This document shows, piece after piece, positions 22,813 through 33,087 of a stretch of 46,856 nt of DNA (position 1 is the stretch's first letter; every line of letters begins with the position of its first letter). Source of the stretch: Dimorphilus gyrociliatus (Eukaryota > Animalia > Annelida); the NCBI GenBank assembly GCA_904063045.1, contig CAJFCJ010000086.1:1-46856 (forward strand), written 5' to 3'. A program made the position numbers and the translations under genes. The notes under the pieces are model-generated. The model had not been told where the DNA came from. It did not search any database and was given only the letters and a program-made list of their open reading frames with translations.

Positions 22813-24798
22813 ATGAAACATGAATGTTTAACAATGGAACCTATCCTTATACAAAAGAATCTTAACAAATCAATACTACTTAAAACTTATAAAACATTCA
22901 TAGATGATCTTTTAAGTCAACTAAAAGAATCTTTAGAAGGCAAAATAGAAGTAGAAAATCTACCAAGAATTTACAAGAACTATAAAAAAACAACTTATAA
23001 GTTAAAAAGAGTGATTTCCCCAGTTTTTATAAAAATGTCTAGAAAGAAAATATCACAAAGAATGAAATCAATTTTTAGAAACTTTTTAACAAATAACAAA
23101 ACAACATTTCAAGGAGTGAATTTAAAAACTAAAAATTTAGCAGAGATATTCAAAGTATTACAAAAGAATCCAAAGTTAAACACAAGTGTATTTTCTGTGT
23201 TTAAAGAAAGAAGTATAATTTATTTAAAAAGATTGTATTATGAGAGAATTGAAAGAACAGAAGCGAATACTACAAATACAAAAGGAATTAATACTACAAA
23301 TACAATAGAAAATGATGATAATACAAGAGAAATTAATATAAATAATAAGTATAAGAATTTACAAACAATTGATGAAATTTTAAATAAATATAGAAAACCA
23401 GGAATTCAATTTATAGAAATTGAAAAAGAATTTTTAAATTTTTATTTAAAAAAAATAAATTCAAATGATTACATAAACACAGAAGAAGAAGATTTATTTA
23501 GAAGATTTTATAAAACAGCAGAATTTAACCTAACTGAAGTTTATAGAGAATACTATTCTAAACAAAAATTTAATATTTATAATATTTTTAATTATAAAGT
23601 ATTTGAAGAGAGTAGAAAAGTATTAAAAGATCTTTTACAAGAGAATGAAGAAATAATAATAAATTTTATACCTAATTTTATAGATTTATATGATTATCAT
23701 ATCAACAACCATATAAATAATATAAGTAACATAAATGATGATATCAATATGAGTGATAATATAAATAATAATAATATAAATAACATAAATAATAATATAA
23801 ATAACATAAATAGTATGAGTGATAAGTATTTGGATTTGAATTTTTTAGTTAATTCTTTTAAAAATTTAAATTTTTTTGAAGAAAATTATAGATTCAATTT
23901 AATTAATAGATTAATTTCTGATAGAATTGATAAAAATAAAGAAAATTGGTTAATTAATAAATTTAATAATATTACATTTAGAAGATGTAAACAAATTATT
24001 AATTACAATAGAGAAATAATAGAAAACTATGAAATTACAGTACTCTCTTCTTGTAATTCAATTAACTTTGAAGAAATTAATTTTGAAATTCCAAATGAAA
24101 TTAAAAAAATACAAAAAAGTTATAAAATTGATTATTTTGATAAAAAAAATATAAAAAATAATAAAAAATTAAGATTTATTGATACGATTAGTAATTGTTT
24201 AATTTATTTTAATAATATTAAACTAAGAATTACTTTAATTCAATTTAATATTTTAAATTTAATTATTGAAAATTGGGATGATTTTATTAAAAAAATAAGA
24301 TTTAGAATTAAAAAAATAAAAACTAAAGATTTAAATTTACAAGGTGATTTTTATGACTATAAAAGAATTTATAAATTATTTTTAAGTTATCATTGTATTC
24401 ACAATACAAATAAAAATAAAGAATTTATAAATAAATCTATAAATGATAATAATAATAGAGAATCTATAAATAAATCTATAAATGATAATAAGAGCTTGAA
24501 TGTACTCTTAAATCATTTTCATCCACTTTCTATATTTATTAATGAATTTATAGAAAATAAAAATTTAAATCAGTTTTATAATTTAATTCCTATTTTTAAC
24601 AAAAAAAATACAAAGAAAGTTTTAATAAAAAGTGATAATTCAGATTCAATTGATGCCAAAATAATGTATATATTAAAAAGAAGAAAATATATTAAAATTA
24701 ATGAATTATTAGTTGAAGGTAAAGATAAAAGACTAAAAGTTTTAGAAAAGAGAGGTTATTTAAAGATAAGAGGTGATTTTGTAGAATATATACCTTAG
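22813..24798 (+). CDS. Divergent cullin-like protein, 661 aa, with Asn-rich insertions
   Basis: C-terminal SIDAKIMYILKRRK...KRLKVLEKRGYLK...VEYIP resembles the cullin winged-helix/neddylation motif IDAAIVRIMKARK...KKRIE-LIE-EYL. KKLRFIDTISN...LRITLIQFNILNL resembles the cullin RKL-W...VS--Q--IL segment. Confidence 0.65.
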   Translation: MKHECLTMEPILIQKNLNKSILLKTYKTFIDDLLSQLKESLEGKIEVENLPRIYKNYKKTTYKLKRVISPVFIKMSRKKISQRMKSIFRNFLTNNKTTFQGVNLKTKNLAEIFKVLQKNPKLNTSVFSVFKERSIIYLKRLYYERIERTEANTTNTKGINTTNTIENDDNTREININNKYKNLQTIDEILNKYRKPGIQFIEIEKEFLNFYLKKINSNDYINTEEEDLFRRFYKTAEFNLTEVYREYYSKQKFNIYNIFNYKVFEESRKVLKDLLQENEEIIINFIPNFIDLYDYHINNHINNISNINDDINMSDNINNNNINNINNNINNINSMSDKYLDLNFLVNSFKNLNFFEENYRFNLINRLISDRIDKNKENWLINKFNNITFRRCKQIINYNREIIENYEITVLSSCNSINFEEINFEIPNEIKKIQKSYKIDYFDKKNIKNNKKLRFIDTISNCLIYFNNIKLRITLIQFNILNLIIENWDDFIKKIRFRIKKIKTKDLNLQGDFYDYKRIYKLFLSYHCIHNTNKNKEFINKSINDNNNRESINKSINDNKSLNVLLNHFHPLSIFINEFIENKNLNQFYNLIPIFNKKNTKKVLIKSDNSDSIDAKIMYILKRRKYIKINELLVEGKDKRLKVLEKRGYLKIRGDFVEYIP

Positions 24799-24980
24799 AT
24801 ATATTTTTTATTAAAAAATTTAGTTCTAATATTTTTATAGAATATAAATAATTGTAAGATAATATAAATAATTATTTCTTTTATGATATATTTTTTTACT
24901 AAAAAATTTAGTTTTAATAATTTTATTTTTATCTTATAATAATATTTTTATAGAATATAAATAATTAAAAATATAATTAA

Positions 24981-25093
24981 TTGCACGGTCATATCTGCTA
25001 GGTACACCGGATCCCGTCCGATCTCCGAAGTTAAGCTAGTAAGAGCTTGGTCAGTACTGAGGGGCACCCTTGGGAAATCCAAGTACTGTGTTT
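24981..25093 (+). rRNA. 5S ribosomal RNA
   Basis: Conserved GATCCCGTCCGATCTCCGAAGTTAAGC and GTACT...TGGGAA; 5' GCACGGT pairs with 3' ACTGTGT; followed by a T-run. Confidence 0.93.
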
Positions 25094-25097
25094 TTTT
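25091..25097 (+). terminator. Pol III terminator (T7) of the 5S gene
   Basis: TTTTTTT immediately after the 5S 3' stem. Confidence 0.75.
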
Positions 25098-25833
25098 ATT
25101 TTTTAGATAAGACATTACAAATTTTATTTGCTACTCTAATAATCAAATTACAAACTTCAATTGGGAATTGATCTACTAGACTTTCTATGTATTTATGTCT
25201 TTCTTTTGTTATATCACTTACATCCCCGAATATACTTTTACTCTCTGTATTTTTATTAGCAGTGTCTGTATCATCAGATATTGTATTATTAGTAGTGTCT
25301 GTATCATCAGATATTGTATTATTAGCAGTGTCTGTATCATCAGATATTGTATTATTGTTATTGAAGTTCGTACTCTTAATATCTAAATTGGTTTTATTAA
25401 ACATCCTTTCTTTTTTTGCTTCTTTAATTTCTTCTTTTATTCTCTTATTTATATTTATATTGAAACTACGACTTTCTTTTTGTATATAAAGTGGATTATT
25501 GTATCCATTTATCGTTAACTCGTCTAACATTTTGTCGTATAGATTATCAAAACAGTCAAAACTACATCCAGAATTGACATTTTTTCTAATATTTTTAACT
25601 GCTTTCAAATAAACTAATTGTAAATTTAAATAATAAGGTACATTCCTACCTTTATCACTTTCATTTAATAATTTGTTATAACAATAGAGTAAATTTTTCA
25701 TACCAAATTTGTCATATTTTTCTATGTTCTCAAAGTTTGTACTATTTAGGTTATTTAATGTTATATTGTATAGTATTTTAGAACTATTTTTTGTTATGGA
25801 ATGGTTGAATATAAATAAAATTAAAAAAATCAT
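25096..25833 (-). CDS. Hypothetical 245-aa protein with predicted signal peptide and 11-aa repeats
   Basis: Leader MIFLILFIFNHSIT; CC before ATG; NNTISDDTDT(A/T) x3; identical mirror copy. Confidence 0.8.
   Translation of the reverse strand: MIFLILFIFNHSITKNSSKILYNITLNNLNSTNFENIEKYDKFGMKNLLYCYNKLLNESDKGRNVPYYLNLQLVYLKAVKNIRKNVNSGCSFDCFDNLYDKMLDELTINGYNNPLYIQKESRSFNININKRIKEEIKEAKKERMFNKTNLDIKSTNFNNNNTISDDTDTANNTISDDTDTTNNTISDDTDTANKNTESKSIFGDVSDITKERHKYIESLVDQFPIEVCNLIIRVANKICNVLSKK
25253..25356. repeat. 33-bp coding tandem repeat x3
   Basis: TTATTAG(C/T)AGTGTCTGTATCATCAGATATTGTA at 25253, 25286 and 25319. Confidence 0.95.
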
Positions 25834-25865
25834 GGTATATAAAAAAAATTCTCTTTTATTCTAAA

Positions 25866-25875
25866 AACACGTGTT
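25866..25875. promoter_or_regulatory. Palindromic AACACGTGTT 32 nt upstream of the 245-aa gene ATG
   Basis: Identical motif and spacing to the RING gene. Confidence 0.5.
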
Positions 25876-26369
25876 CTGTATCATAGAGGATGTCTATTAT
25901 AAATTTTTTTGATGTAAAAGATTAAAAAACAAAAAAAATAATATTTAATTTAAAATAGTATTGTAATGGTCTTTTGGCTGTAGCAATTTCTATATAAAGC
26001 ATTTCTGATTTTGGAAATAAATGATTGTCTAGAAAATTACTTTTTATGGAGCCAAAGTGAGTTTAGTATCTATATTCTGCTATATTATTTGGTTTATAAT
26101 ATTTTAGATGGAATATCCCGTATATGTATATTTCTTAGAATGATTTTATGCTTAACTTTTAAATGACTATATTCTTGGTGTTTAATTTTATCATATCAAT
26201 GCTATTAATAGTTCTTAACAATGACTTCCTAGATATTTAACATCATTCTTTTTCTGGAGCTTTTTAGAAACATCTTTTTTTGATGCTAAAAAATCACCAA
26301 TAAGCATAGTTATTCATTAAATCAGCATACACTCTATAATGGTTTGTTGAAAGTGCTTTAATTTATTTT

Positions 26370-27354
26370 GGTAAAAATTGCTTTCGGGCCCCTTAAAATT
26401 TAATATTAGAAAGAAATAAAAATATAATTAAATTTAAAATGACATTTCATAATTTTCATCCGAAACAAAATGTCTAAAAATGGATTTTCTTTTTTTAGAA
26501 ATAAATAATCGTTTATATGTGCGTTCATATTATTTTATATATTACTACCACGACTTTTTAGGTAGTGTTTCAACCATCTCCATTGATTTTCAATGTTTTG
26601 TGTGTGAATTTCTGGTACATTTTTGTCTTTAAAGTTAGTTTTATGTTTAATTGTAAAATGCCCATAATCATGATATTTTATGTTATTATATCCTTTCCAT
26701 TCATCGGTTATAATAACGGAAAGTTCTTCTATATGTTTATTGATAATTCTCTGAAGAGTTAATGAATCTCTTTTTTCTACAACTTCAAAAAAGCATCTTT
26801 TTGTGGTTCTACAAAGACCACCAACCACCCACAATTGCTCATTACACCTTCCTACATTATATTTTCGCTTAGTCACAGCACTTTCATCAATCTCTATGAC
26901 TAAACCAGGACCTCCTATTTTAGCTGAACTGTCAGATGTAATTTTACTCCTTATTAGTGATATAACCGTCTTATAAAGTTTATAGTTTACACCATATTGT
27001 TCAAATAAATCCATTTACGGAGTTTTTTTGGACCATTCAAAGATTATAAAAATTATTTTTTTTAGTGATGCTTTTATTTTAATGAAAATAGAGCCATCAC
27101 GAATTGAACCCTTACCTTTACCACATTTTTTTGATTTACACATTCAAATCAAACCATCTATGTTATGATGTGCTACTAAATTTCTATCAATTTTACATTT
27201 TTTACAGAATGATTTTTTCTCAAAATATTTAATTCAGCTAACCAAGAAAACAAAGTGCTCGGATCAATCATTTTTTCTTGCAATTGCAACCTTGTTATTG
27301 ACATTAGGGGGGGATATAATCCAATTTTAAGGGGGCCTGAAAGCAATTTTTAAC
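26370..27354 (-). mobile_element. Merlin transposon, defective (left copy)
   Basis: ~31-bp imperfect TIRs (GGTAAAAATTGCTTTCGGGCCCCTTAAAATT). Transposase has EIDES, ITDEWKGY and HTQNIENQW; the N-terminal Zn-ribbon part has a TGA and frameshifts. No TSD recognisable. Confidence 0.85.
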
Positions 27355-28196
27355 AAAAATCCTTTTTAAAAAATTTATGTACTTAATTCTGGAAGTGTAA
27401 ACACAAAAAAATGGTACAAATTCCTATTTATTTTTTTTTTGGGGGGGTGACAGGAAAATCCCTATCAATTTACCATTTACTTAATTATACCTTACCTATA
27501 TCAACGAAAAGGGTTCAAAAATAATAAAAAAAAATTTATACTAATTTAATAGGAAAAATTTATGTACTTAATTATATCTAACAATAAATACTTAACAAAG
27601 ATATATTCCATATAGTTATTATATGCTAAACAACCTCTACAAATATTTATTTTTAACGAATTCCATTGATCCTATACTAATTGGGGATGCCTATATATGG
27701 ACTAATGAATGTATCGCATTGCAATAGGACCTTGGGAATCTGGCCATTCATCAATATAAACAATTTACCGTTTCATATATTTTTTTTCATATCGTTTATT
27801 GTTTGCTTTTTTCTGTTCTCTACTTTCGCAAAGAGACTCTTTCCTGTGTTGTATCAATTCCCTGTATCGCCTATTTATTCTTATACAATCTTCCGATATT
27901 ATATTTTCTTCTGAGGAAAGAATCTCATCTATTTCAACTATATGGTCAGCGCTTCCGATCTACCAATGTAATCTATGTATCGTTAAGAAATATATATTAG
28001 AATATAACGGTTTATGCCATTTTGCTAATATCCTGGTTGATATTGATTGTAATTCGTCAGATAATTCTAATTTGTTCATATTAGTATTGCAAAAAAAGAT
28101 AATGTAAGCTAAAAGCAAAAATTGTTTAATCTGATGCGTTTTATCACCGTATCTTAGAAAAATTATATATAATTTTACATTTATAACACTTATATA

Positions 28197-29690
28197 CAGT
28201 AGGGGAAAAAAAAATGAAAAAAAAATAATTGAATGAAAAGTCATATTTTACGATGTAATTAAAGCAATATTTATATTATGTTTTCATTTATATATGGATA
28301 AGCTATTCAAATAAATTTTTCTCCTTGGTTCTAGTATTGTTTTTTAATCAAAACATCATAAAAATATCAACGAATTGCTCCTGATGGGGAAAAAAAAATG
28401 AAAAATTTTAAATTAATAAGAAATATGGTGTCCTTTATTTCTAATACATTCTATTATTCTTTTATTCATTGAAAGACATAGATTTTTGCACAAATCACTG
28501 CTTATATTATTCCAAAGCTCCATAATTTTTGACTTTAATTCATCGCCAGTAGAGAAGGATAAACCTCTTAATTTGTACTTGAGAATAGACCAAAGGTTTT
28601 CAATAGGATTCAAATCAGGAGACTGAGAGGGCCAATCTAACACATCAATATCGTTTGTCTTAAAATACTCCTTTGTCAGTCGACTTGTGTGTTTTGGATC
28701 ATTATCCTGTTGAAATTTTAACCTGTTTACACCTAGTTTTTCTTTTATAAAAGGTAAATTAGTAGCTAGTATATGTACGTACTGTACTGCATCCATTATT
28801 CCATCAACAAAATGTAACCTTCCTACACCTTCATAGCTAAATGATCCCCAAACCATCAATTTCTTAAATCCAAATTTTTTAGTAAAGTTTAGAGGTGTCT
28901 TATCAGAGCTTTCTTTCCATACTTTGAACCGACCAGAGTCATTATAGTAAGAAAATGATGTTTCATCGCTAAAAAAAACATCATTCCAGTAATTTTGACC
29001 AAGAAACAACCACTTTTTTGTTACCTCCAATCTTCTCTTTATATGAATGGGTTTGAGAAAAGGTTTTTTTACTGGGATAACAGCTTTAAACCCATTTTTA
29101 TTTAAAAAGTTTCTTATTGTTCTGGGATTCACAGCCAAACCTGTATTATTTTCTATATTTCTAGCTATTTTAGGACTAGAAATCAAACTATCATTTTTGA
29201 TCAAAGACTTAATCATTGATAAATGCTTTGATTTAAGAACTTTGGGCCTGCCAGAACCAAGTTTTCTATCAGTATTATTATGCTGTTGAAATTTAGTGAC
29301 TATTCTACTGATAGTCGATACACTAACACCTGTTTTTATCGAAATTTCTTTATAAGTAAACCCCTCGTTTCTTAGTGTAAGAACCTGACCCTTGACTACA
29401 GAAGAATAGTGATTTTTCATAAGGGTCATATATACGAAGTTTTTTCATATGATTATGGAGGGAAATTTGACTTTTTTTAAATTTTTCATTTTTTTTTCCC
29501 CATCAGGAGCAATTCGTTGATATTTTTATGATGTTTTGATTAAAAAACAATACTAGAACCAAGGAGAAAAATTTATTTGAATAGCTTATCCATATATAAA
29601 TGAAAACATAATATAAATATTGCTTTAATTACATCGTAAAATATGACTTTTCATTCAATTATTTTTTTTTCATTTTTTTTTCCCCTACTG
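28197..29690 (-). mobile_element. Tc1 transposon T2 (IR/DR type) with intact transposase
   Basis: TA|CAGTAGGGG...CCCCTACTG|TA. 212-bp TIRs (28197-28408, 29479-29690) with outer and inner repeat GGGGAAAAAAAAATGAAAAA. Confidence 0.96.
28413..29429 (-). CDS. Tc1 DD34E transposase, 338 aa (likely start at the second Met, 29420, after CCC)
   Basis: HTH, GSGRPK, KKPFL, FSDET, FQQDNDPKH, WPSQSPDLNPIENLW; 34 residues counted between the second D and E. Confidence 0.96.
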   Translation of the reverse strand: MTLMKNHYSSVVKGQVLTLRNEGFTYKEISIKTGVSVSTISRIVTKFQQHNNTDRKLGSGRPKVLKSKHLSMIKSLIKNDSLISSPKIARNIENNTGLAVNPRTIRNFLNKNGFKAVIPVKKPFLKPIHIKRRLEVTKKWLFLGQNYWNDVFFSDETSFSYYNDSGRFKVWKESSDKTPLNFTKKFGFKKLMVWGSFSYEGVGRLHFVDGIMDAVQYVHILATNLPFIKEKLGVNRLKFQQDNDPKHTSRLTKEYFKTNDIDVLDWPSQSPDLNPIENLWSILKYKLRGLSFSTGDELKSKIMELWNNISSDLCKNLCLSMNKRIIECIRNKGHHISY

Positions 29691-30531
29691 TATATAAGTG
29701 TTATAAATGTAAAATTATATATAATTTTTCTAAGATACGGTGATAAAACGCATCAGATTAAACAATTTTTGCTTTTAGCTTACATTATCTTTTTTTGCAA
29801 TACTAATATGAACAAATTAGAATTATCTGACGAATTACAATCAATATCAACCAGGATATTAGCAAAATGGCATAAACCGTTATATTCTAATATATATTTC
29901 TTAACGATACATAGATTACATTGGTAGATCGGAAGCGCTGACCATATAGTTGAAATAGATGAGATTCTTTCCTCAGAAGAAAATATAATATCGGAAGATT
30001 GTATAAGAATAAATAGGCGATACAGGGAATTGATACAACACAGGAAAGAGTCTCTTTGCGAAAGTAGAGAACAGAAAAAAGCAAACAATAAACGATATGA
30101 AAAAAAATATATGAAACGGTAAATTGTTTATATTGATGAATGGCCAGATTCCCAAGGTCCTATTGCAATGCGATACATTCATTAGTCCATATATAGGCAT
30201 CCCCAATTAGTATAGGATCAATGGAATTCGTTAAAAATAAATATTTGTAGAGGTTGTTTAGCATATAATAACTATATGGAATATATCTTTGTTAAGTATT
30301 TATTGTTAGATATAATTAAGTACATAAATTTTTCCTATTAAATTAGTATAAATTTTTTTTTATTATTTTTGAACCCTTTTCGTTGATATAGGTAAGGTAT
30401 AATTAAGTAAATGGTAAATTGATAGGGATTTTCCTGTCACCCCCCAAAAAAAAAATAAATAGGAATTTGTACCATTTTTTTGTGTTTACACTTCCAGAAT
30501 TAAGTACATAAATTTTTTAAAAAGGATTTTT

Positions 30532-31516
30532 GTTAAAAATTGCTTTCAGGCCCCCTTAAAATTGGATTATATCCCCCCCTAATGTCAATAACAAGGTTGC
30601 AATTGCAAGAAAAAATGATTGATCCGAGCACTTTGTTTTCTTGGTTAGCTGAATTAAATATTTTGAGAAAAAATCATTCTGTAAAAAATGTAAAATTGAT
30701 AGAAATTTAGTAGCACATCATAACATAGATGGTTTGATTTGAATGTGTAAATCAAAAAAATGTGGTAAAGGTAAGGGTTCAATTCGTGATGGCTCTATTT
30801 TCATTAAAATAAAAGCATCACTAAAAAAAATAATTTTTATAATCTTTGAATGGTCCAAAAAAACTCCGTAAATGGATTTATTTGAGCAATATGGTGTAAA
30901 CTATAAACTTTATAAGACGGTTATATCACTAATAAGGAGTAAAATTACATCTGACAGTTCAGCTAAAATAGGAGGTCCTGGTTTAGTCATAGAGATTGAT
31001 GAAAGTGCTGTGACTAAGCGAAAATATAATGTAGGAAGGTGTAATGAGCAATTGTGGGTGGTTGGTGGTCTTTGTAGAACCATAAGAAGATGCTTTTTTG
31101 AAGTTGTAGAAAAAAGAGATTCATTAACTCTTCAGAGAATTATCAATAAGCATGTAGAAGAACTTTCCATTATTATAACCGATGAATGGAAAGGATATAA
31201 TGACATAAAATATCATGATTATGGGCATTTTACAATTAAACATAAAACTAACTTTAAAGACAAAAATGTACCAGAAATTCACACACAAAACATTGAAAAT
31301 CAATGGAGATGGTTGAAACACTACCTAAAAAGTCGTGGTAGTAATATATAAAATAATATGAACGCACATATAAACGATTATTTATTTCTAAAAAAAGAAA
31401 ATCCATTTTTAGACATTTTGTTTCGGATGAAAATTATGAAATGTCATTTTAAATTTAATTATATTTTTATTTCTTTCTAATATTAAATTTTAAGGGGCCC
31501 GAAAGCAATTTTTACC
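30532..31516 (+). mobile_element. Merlin transposon, defective (right copy; 7 substitutions versus the left copy)
   Basis: Mirror of 26370..27354; ORF 30872..31351. Confidence 0.85.
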
Positions 31517-32052
31517 AAAATAAATTAAAGCACTTTCAACAAACCATTATAGAGTGTATGCTGATTTAATGAATAACTATGCTTATTGGTGATTTTTTAG
31601 CATCAAAAAAAGATGTTTCTAAAAAGCTCCAGAAAAAGAATGATGTTAAATATCTAGGAAGTCATTGTTAAGAACTATTAATAGCATTGATATGATAAAA
31701 TTAAACACCAAGAATATAGTCATTTAAAAGTTAAGCATAAAATCATTCTAAGAAATATACATATACGGGATATTCCATCTAAAATATTATAAACCAAATA
31801 ATATAGCAGAATATAGATACTAAACTCACTTTGGCTCCATAAAAAGTAATTTTCTAGACAATCATTTATTTCCAAAATCAGAAATGCTTTATATAGAAAT
31901 TGCTACAGCCAAAAGACCATTACAATACTATTTTAAATTAAATATTATTTTTTTTGTTTTTTAATCTTTTACATCAAAAAAATTTATAATAGACATCCTC
32001 TATGATACAGAACACGTGTTTTTAGAATAAAAGAGAATTTTTTTTATATACC

Positions 32053-32790
32053 ATGATTTTTTTAATTTTATTTATATTCAACCATTCCATAACAAAAAAT
32101 AGTTCTAAAATACTATACAATATAACATTAAATAACCTAAATAGTACAAACTTTGAGAACATAGAAAAATATGACAAATTTGGTATGAAAAATTTACTCT
32201 ATTGTTATAACAAATTATTAAATGAAAGTGATAAAGGTAGGAATGTACCTTATTATTTAAATTTACAATTAGTTTATTTGAAAGCAGTTAAAAATATTAG
32301 AAAAAATGTCAATTCTGGATGTAGTTTTGACTGTTTTGATAATCTATACGACAAAATGTTAGACGAGTTAACGATAAATGGATACAATAATCCACTTTAT
32401 ATACAAAAAGAAAGTCGTAGTTTCAATATAAATATAAATAAGAGAATAAAAGAAGAAATTAAAGAAGCAAAAAAAGAAAGGATGTTTAATAAAACCAATT
32501 TAGATATTAAGAGTACGAACTTCAATAACAATAATACAATATCTGATGATACAGACACTGCTAATAATACAATATCTGATGATACAGACACTACTAATAA
32601 TACAATATCTGATGATACAGACACTGCTAATAAAAATACAGAGAGTAAAAGTATATTCGGGGATGTAAGTGATATAACAAAAGAAAGACATAAATACATA
32701 GAAAGTCTAGTAGATCAATTCCCAATTGAAGTTTGTAATTTGATTATTAGAGTAGCAAATAAAATTTGTAATGTCTTATCTAAAAAATAA
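32053..32790 (+). CDS. Hypothetical 245-aa secreted-type protein, mirror copy
   Basis: Identical translation to 25096..25833; AACACGTGTT at 32011-32020. Confidence 0.8.
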   Translation: MIFLILFIFNHSITKNSSKILYNITLNNLNSTNFENIEKYDKFGMKNLLYCYNKLLNESDKGRNVPYYLNLQLVYLKAVKNIRKNVNSGCSFDCFDNLYDKMLDELTINGYNNPLYIQKESRSFNININKRIKEEIKEAKKERMFNKTNLDIKSTNFNNNNTISDDTDTANNTISDDTDTTNNTISDDTDTANKNTESKSIFGDVSDITKERHKYIESLVDQFPIEVCNLIIRVANKICNVLSKK

Positions 32791-32792
32791 AA

Positions 32793-32905
32793 AAACACAG
32801 TACTTGGATTTCCCAAGGGTGCCCCTCAGTACTGACCAAGCTCTTACTAGCTTAACTTCGGAGATCGGACGGGATCCGGTGTACCTAGCAGATATGACCG
32901 TGCAA
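32793..32905 (-). rRNA. 5S ribosomal RNA, mirror copy
   Basis: Reverse complement of 24981-25093. Confidence 0.93.
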
Positions 32906-33087
32906 TTAATTATATTTTTAATTATTTATATTCTATAAAAATATTATTATAAGATAAAAATAAAATTATTAAAACTAAATTTTTTAGTAAAAAAATATAT
33001 CATAAAAGAAATAATTATTTATATTATCTTACAATTATTTATATTCTATAAAAATATTAGAACTAAATTTTTTAATAAAAAATATAT

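Noticed and set aside
27600-28244. Cluster of short overlapping ORFs beside T2 (and mirror 29643-30206)
   Set aside because: No recognisable domain; several start at non-ATG codons. It may be a decayed gene or TE but cannot be assigned.
7710-29478. Telomere or protelomerase hairpin-end interpretation of the palindrome centres
   Set aside because: No telomeric repeats or telomere resolvase gene seen; the centres are ~1.07-kb transposon interiors, not perfect hairpin sites.
1358-31000. Alternative genetic code (TGA read-through) suggested by in-frame TGAs in T1, Ginger and Merlin relics
   Set aside because: Intact genes use TGG for Trp and two end on TGA (17235, 18146); the TGAs occur only in otherwise decayed TEs.
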